DNA from: a virus
Taxonomy: Duplodnaviria; Caudoviricetes
Virus record (IMG/VR): IMGVR_UViG_3300017565_000031
Coordinates: 1-36,285 of that record
Length of the DNA: 36,285 bases
Direction: 5' to 3' (one strand)
This document shows positions 32,454-36,285 of this stretch, one piece after another. The stretch's first letter is position 1. Each line of letters begins with the position of its first letter. The notes beneath the pieces are model-generated. The model ran no database searches, was not told the DNA's origin, and was given only the letters and a program-made list of their open reading frames with translations. Made by a program: the position numbers and the translations under genes.

Positions 32454-33614
32454 ATGACGCTAGGTGATGGTTTCCCCGCCGGTAGCGGCACCGTCGACTC
32501 GACCGAACTGCGGAAGGCCCTCGCCGGACTAATCCTGCGGGACACGTCCGGGAACGCTCGCGCAGGCATCTTCCCTGCACACACGTCCGCGCTCGTCACG
32601 GCGAAGGCATCCATGGCGGTCGACGTCGCCGCGTTCACTGGCTGCACGGTGCGTGGTGGTGGTCCGATCTTCATGGCGAACGACGGCACCGTCACCGTCA
32701 GTGTCGATGCGGCACCTGGATCGAACTCCCGCATCGATGTCGTCTACTTCAAGCAGAACGAGTCCGCCTCCCCGTATTCGGATGCGAATGACAATCCGGT
32801 CTTCGGGGTGGAGAAGGGCACCGCGGGCGCTGTCCCGGTGAAGCCCACCATTCCCACGGGTGCGGTCGAGCTTGCAACGATCCTCATCCCGTCCGGGGTG
32901 TCGGCGACGAACGCAGGCGGCGTGGTCATCACGCAAACATTCCCGTTCACCGCAACCACAGGCGGACCCATCTGGGTCCGCAACGCAACCGAACGCGGCG
33001 CACTCAGCACCTACCCGGCAGGCACCCGAGTACGGCAACTCGACACTGCACACACGTACGAAAGCAACGGCACGGTATTGACCACCGTCGAGGCCGAAAC
33101 ACGGATCCTGCCCACGTCAGTCGCCGGCACGGGTGTGACGTTGGACACGGCAGCCGCCATCGTCGCGTTCACCGCCTCGTCCTCGATCTCCATCAACGGA
33201 TGCTTCACCGCGGAGTTCAACGAGTACCGGATCATCATCGACATCGCGTCGGCTTCAGCAGGCGCATCGATTACGTTCCGCTTCCGCGCGTCTGGCACTG
33301 ACCTGTCCTCATCCTCCTACTCGCAGCTCATCGAAACTGTGTCCGGTACGTCGATCGCGGTCACCTCGCCAGCCACTGCGACCTCCGGCCGGTTCGGTCA
33401 AACCCAGACCACCGGAGCGCACATTGTGGCCAGGGTGACCCGTCCTGCTTCCACCGCGAACCCGAAGCTCGCATACGGCGACACGGACGACCCGACCCCA
33501 GTGAAGCAGCGCGTGACGAACTCGATCGCCTCGGCCACGTCGTTCGACGGAATCACGATCATTCCGTCTACGGGGAACATCACTGGAACCGTTCGCATCA
33601 TCGGAATCCGCTAG
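32454..33614 (+). CDS. Minor tail / tail fibre protein (386 aa)
   Basis: AAPGSNSRIDVVY...P.IPTGAVELA N-terminal region and ISINGCFT..F..YRI...FDGITI...G.ITGTVRI.G C-terminal region. Confidence 0.8.
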   Translation: MTLGDGFPAGSGTVDSTELRKALAGLILRDTSGNARAGIFPAHTSALVTAKASMAVDVAAFTGCTVRGGGPIFMANDGTVTVSVDAAPGSNSRIDVVYFKQNESASPYSDANDNPVFGVEKGTAGAVPVKPTIPTGAVELATILIPSGVSATNAGGVVITQTFPFTATTGGPIWVRNATERGALSTYPAGTRVRQLDTAHTYESNGTVLTTVEAETRILPTSVAGTGVTLDTAAAIVAFTASSSISINGCFTAEFNEYRIIIDIASASAGASITFRFRASGTDLSSSSYSQLIETVSGTSIAVTSPATATSGRFGQTQTTGAHIVARVTRPASTANPKLAYGDTDDPTPVKQRVTNSIASATSFDGITIIPSTGNITGTVRIIGIR

Positions 33615-34267
33615 TGCGAATCCAGCTACTCCGACCAGCACCGGGACACGTTTCGACGACGTTCGCGGAACATGCGGCCCGTGCTGTTGTCTACCTGTTC
33701 TGCGGCATTGACTTCGGCTGGTCGACGTCGGCGGACTGGCGAGTCACAGCTGCCACATCTGGTCGAGTGATCTTCGCCGGCTACTCCGGCAAGGACTACG
33801 GCAACCTCGTCGTCATCGACCACGGCAACGGGATCACGACCTGGTATGCCCACCTCGACTCGTTCACCGTGACAGTCGGTCAGATGGTCGTCGCCGGACA
33901 GCACCTCGGCGTGATGGGTTCCTCCGGGAACGCCAAGGGACGGCACTTGCATTTCGAGTTGCGGATCAACGGTGTGCAGGTCGACCCGGAACCCTATTTC
34001 GTCAACTCAATCCTCGATTTGGAGAAGGCCATGTATGCAGTTCGGAACAAGCGTGGGTCGATCTGGCTCATCTCGGGTGGTTCGGTTGTCGTGCCGATGA
34101 ACGGGGCCCAGTGGGCGGCGGTCGGTAAAGCGTTCCCTGGTCTGCCGCTCGTCCAGTTCGACACTGACGCTGACGCTGACAAGTTCGTAGCGTCATTCGC
34201 CGGCTCGACGAGTGTGACGCAGTTCACGTTGGTGCCGTCCGGTCAGATCGACCTCGTCGCGAAGTAG
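33614..34267 (+). CDS. Endolysin, M23 peptidase
   Basis: GIDF, YGNLVVIDH, TWYAHL, G.MGSSGN..G.HLHFE, VDPEPY; precedes the holin. Confidence 0.9.
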   Translation: MRIQLLRPAPGHVSTTFAEHAARAVVYLFCGIDFGWSTSADWRVTAATSGRVIFAGYSGKDYGNLVVIDHGNGITTWYAHLDSFTVTVGQMVVAGQHLGVMGSSGNAKGRHLHFELRINGVQVDPEPYFVNSILDLEKAMYAVRNKRGSIWLISGGSVVVPMNGAQWAAVGKAFPGLPLVQFDTDADADKFVASFAGSTSVTQFTLVPSGQIDLVAK

Positions 34268-34276
34268 GAGGAACCC

Positions 34277-34534
34277 ATGTCTGAGATCATCCCCAGTCCG
34301 GTGAAGCTTGCTGCGAAGCGCGCGTTCATCCGCACACTCGCGCAGGGGTACGCGACCACACTCGGCGGCACGGTCGTGTCGGTGCCGATCATCCTCGGAC
34401 TCATCCAGGGCACGGAAGCATGGGTGCCGATCATCGTCGCCGTCGCCGTCGCTGTCGTGTCGCCGTTCATCGGTGCTGCGGCCGCGTACTTCGGAATGCT
34501 GCGCGACGGCATCCCCGACGAGTACAAGGGCTGA
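34277..34534 (+). CDS. Holin
   Basis: 85 aa with two hydrophobic segments and a RAFIRT.AQ N-terminus; follows the endolysin. Confidence 0.75.
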   Translation: MSEIIPSPVKLAAKRAFIRTLAQGYATTLGGTVVSVPIILGLIQGTEAWVPIIVAVAVAVVSPFIGAAAAYFGMLRDGIPDEYKG

Positions 34535-34536
34535 GC

Positions 34537-34770
34537 GTGAGCGAGGGTCTCGCGGTCGCGATCATCTCCGCGATCGTCGTGGCGGGCGGCGCGGGGCTGA
34601 CGTTCATCACGACGCAGCTCGTACGCCTCAACCGCCGGATCCAGAAGCTCGAGAAACGCGACCGTCTCTCGTGGCTGTACATCCGCTCACTGATTGATCA
34701 CGGCTATAAGCACGCCCCGCACGTTCCGCTGCCTGAGCCGCCCGAAGGTTGGCTCGAAGACACTGAGTAG
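34537..34770 (+). CDS. Lysis-cassette membrane protein (TM plus coiled coil)
   Basis: N-terminal TM segment, RIQKLE, WLYIRSLIDH, PLPEPP. Confidence 0.75.
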   Translation: MSEGLAVAIISAIVVAGGAGLTFITTQLVRLNRRIQKLEKRDRLSWLYIRSLIDHGYKHAPHVPLPEPPEGWLEDTE

Positions 34771-34784
34771 CATCTGCACGACAT

Positions 34785-34828
34785 CGCCCCGCGCGACTTG
34801 ACTTCGGTCGGTCGCGCGGGGCGTTTTT
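34785..34828 (+). terminator. Intrinsic terminator of the late operon
   Basis: CGCCCCGCGCGAC/GTCGCGCGGGGCG stem with a TTCG loop region, followed by TTTTT. Confidence 0.9.
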
Positions 34829-34888
34829 CGTGTTCCCGGACAAAGCCGCTTGTTAGGACGCTCCCCGCGCCCGACCGTGCGGTATGAG

Positions 34889-34963
34889 TGGAGCCCTCGG
34901 TCAGGATTGAACTGACGGCCTTCCCATTACGAGTGGGATGCTCTACCACTGAGCTACGAGGGC
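34889..34963 (-). tRNA. Phage-encoded tRNA-Thr(CGU), intact, CCA encoded
   Basis: GCCCTCG TA GCTC AGTGGTA GAGC A TCCCA CTCGTAA TGGGA AGGCC GTCAG TTCAATC CTGAC CGAGGGC T CCA folds fully; anticodon at 34931-34929. Confidence 0.96.
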
Positions 34964-34973
34964 GCGGTCCACG

Positions 34974-35003
34974 ATCCTACGCGGCGAGGCGTTCCGTTTC
35001 CAA
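34974..35003 (-). promoter_or_regulatory. Candidate promoter of the phage tRNA inside the integrase 3' end
   Basis: TTGGAA-18 nt-TAGGAT; the -10 includes the int stop codon and lies 10 nt before the mature tRNA. Confidence 0.55.
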
Positions 35004-35831
35004 CTCGGCGGGGAGTTGCAGCACGTTGCTCGCCTCCTGCATCTTCCAGCCGCTGACGAGCGTGTAGATCTGCGTCGACTGCACCGACTCGTGGCGCATC
35101 ATCTCCTTCACCACGATCACGTCGATACCGTTCTCTAGGAGTTCGGTGGCGTGGTAGTGGCGCAGCGAATGAGGGGTGCTCCTGACCCCGGCGACGACCA
35201 TCACATGGTGAATGGATGAGTGGACGGCTTTGCGGCTGACGTGCGGACTGTCGCCCTGGTAGGCGGGAAACCATAGGCCCTCACGCGGGAACCCGGCATT
35301 GGTCGCGTAGTCCTCCACGACGTGGCTGAGCGGAATCGGTTTTGTCTTCCCACCCTTGGACGGCACCCATACGACGCGCGCACCCCAGTCGATCCATGAG
35401 CCGTCGAACGCGGCGATCTCGAACGTGCGTAGGCCCATGAACGCGGCGAGGAGGATCATCATCCGCCCGCGTCGGCGCTTCACATGCGCGAGCATCGCGG
35501 CGAGCTGCGCGGGGGAGACGGGGTGGGGCACACCCTTGGGTCGGCTCATCACCGGCACTTCGTCCATCGGGTTCGTGCGCCGACGCTTAGACGCGACGAG
35601 CCACGCACAGTAGGACCGGAGTGCGGTTTGGTATGTCCACCGGGTGACGGCTGCGAGTCCTTTGCGTCCAAGGAATGCGATGAGTTGCGCGGACGTGAAC
35701 TTGAGCGGGTGCGCGCCGGAGAACGCGATGAACTGGCGCAGGATTCGCTCGCGTTCGGTGATGGTTCGTTCGCTCAGATGTTTGACCTGTTGCCAGGCGC
35801 GCCAGTCGGCGCAGACGCGGTCAACGTGCAT
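34977..35831 (-). CDS. int: Tyrosine integrase (284 aa), no apparent arm-binding domain, C-terminal -RLAA
   Basis: Catalytic residues R (GLRTFE), K (SKGGK), HSLRH, and H...Y (RHESVQSTQIYT); SD GGAGG. Confidence 0.95.
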   Translation of the reverse strand: MHVDRVCADWRAWQQVKHLSERTITERERILRQFIAFSGAHPLKFTSAQLIAFLGRKGLAAVTRWTYQTALRSYCAWLVASKRRRTNPMDEVPVMSRPKGVPHPVSPAQLAAMLAHVKRRRGRMMILLAAFMGLRTFEIAAFDGSWIDWGARVVWVPSKGGKTKPIPLSHVVEDYATNAGFPREGLWFPAYQGDSPHVSRKAVHSSIHHVMVVAGVRSTPHSLRHYHATELLENGIDVIVVKEMMRHESVQSTQIYTLVSGWKMQEASNVLQLPAELETERLAA

Positions 35832-35945
35832 GGGTCCTCCCTCGGGTCGGCGGATGTCAGGAGGCTAGGTCGGCGCGGCATAGCGACACACGCCCAATAG
35901 GGGGGTTAGATTCGGGACCGCCCGCTCAGATGGGGTCCAGGACCT

Positions 35946-36005
35946 CTATGCGACCCGTGATCCGATCCAGGGTCCGATAGCGACCTCTCGGGGAGTGGTG
36001 GCCTT
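35946..36005 (-). other. Detached 3' end of the repressor gene (19 codons plus TAG), in frame only in attP
   Basis: Continuing the repressor frame from the core into attR-side phage DNA reads KATTPREVAIGPWIGSRVA*, with the stop at 35948-35946. Confidence 0.85.
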
Positions 36006-36012
36006 GTAATGA
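36006..36012. repeat. attR common core GTAATGA
   Basis: Identical to 117-123. Confidence 0.92.
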
Positions 36013-36044
36013 GAAGGTCGTGGGTTCGATTCCCACAGGCGGCT
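36006..36044 (+). pseudogene. 3' half of host tRNA-Thr(CGU) at attR
   Basis: TGAGA pairs with TCTCA (109-113); GTGGG-TTCGATT-CCCAC is the T arm; AGGCGGC pairs with GCCGCCT (83-89). No D arm lies upstream. Confidence 0.93.
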
Positions 36045-36081
36045 CCCTTAGTCTCGAACGGATCACAAGGGAGTGATACCG

Positions 36082-36285
36082 ATGTCGGGTGAGTTCCGCC
36101 GATACCTCTTTGCCCATGGCGACGAACGCCTGAGCGGCATCCGCGACGCCGACCCGTACGAGTACCGCGAGCTCGCGAAGCTCGATCCGTTCACGGGCGG
36201 TCTGATCCGCAACTGGGCTCCGCTCTATCCGGCCGAGTTCCGCGGGATCACGACCGATGGCGTTCTGATCCCCGATCTCTTCCCC
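36082..36285 (+). CDS. Host gene, 5' part only (possibly DUF3500-like)
   Basis: SD AAGGGAG; MSGEFRRYLF...FRGITTDGVLIPDLF is open to the window edge. Family guess rests on the GITTDG motif alone. Confidence 0.5.
   Translation, partial: MSGEFRRYLFAHGDERLSGIRDADPYEYRELAKLDPFTGGLIRNWAPLYPAEFRGITTDGVLIPDLFP

Larger units (their letters stand above)
117..36012. mobile_element. Complete-looking temperate siphovirus prophage (about 35.9 kb) integrated in tRNA-Thr(CGU)
   Basis: Direct repeat GTAATGA at both ends joins the two halves of one tRNA. Repressor, recombination/replication, packaging, head, tail, lysis and integrase modules are all present with no obvious broken core gene. Confidence 0.96.

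Noticed and set aside
29983-33614. Diversity-generating retroelement or invertible tail-fibre cassette
   Set aside because: No reverse transcriptase, no invertase, and no template/variable repeat pair or flanking inverted repeats were seen.
35926-36117. 63-aa minus-strand ORF across attR
   Set aside because: It is the antisense reading of the tRNA 3' half (EPPVGIEPTT is typical tRNA shadow translation) and is not in the repressor frame.

Overview
The window is almost entirely one apparently complete siphovirus-type prophage of about 35.9 kb in a high-GC actinobacterium (host group inferred from gene content and GC). It is inserted into the anticodon loop of a host tRNA-Thr(CGU), with a 7-bp core GTAATGA at 117-123 (attL) and 36006-36012 (attR). 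Integration splits the tRNA and does not rebuild it. The phage instead carries its own intact tRNA-Thr(CGU) at 34889-34963 (-), directly behind a short tyrosine integrase that ends in a degron-like -RLAA. attP lies inside the repressor gene: the prophage form ends ...PHHYE* using a stop codon supplied by the host tRNA, while the reconstructed circular form ends ...PHHYKATTPREVAIGPWIGSRVA*. Integration-dependent immunity and tRNA-dependent lysogeny therefore appear to be combined at one crossover. Left to right the prophage holds rep/cro, RecET, two DNA methyltransferases, HNH nucleases (one behind a perfect LexA box), a replication initiator with internal repeats, SSB, many small early genes including a P22 gp17-like protein, a glycosyl-/cytidylyltransferase pair, an HK97-like head module, a glycosyltransferase inside the virion module, tail genes, lysis genes, the tRNA and the integrase. 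All product calls come from motif recognition by eye; no searches were run.
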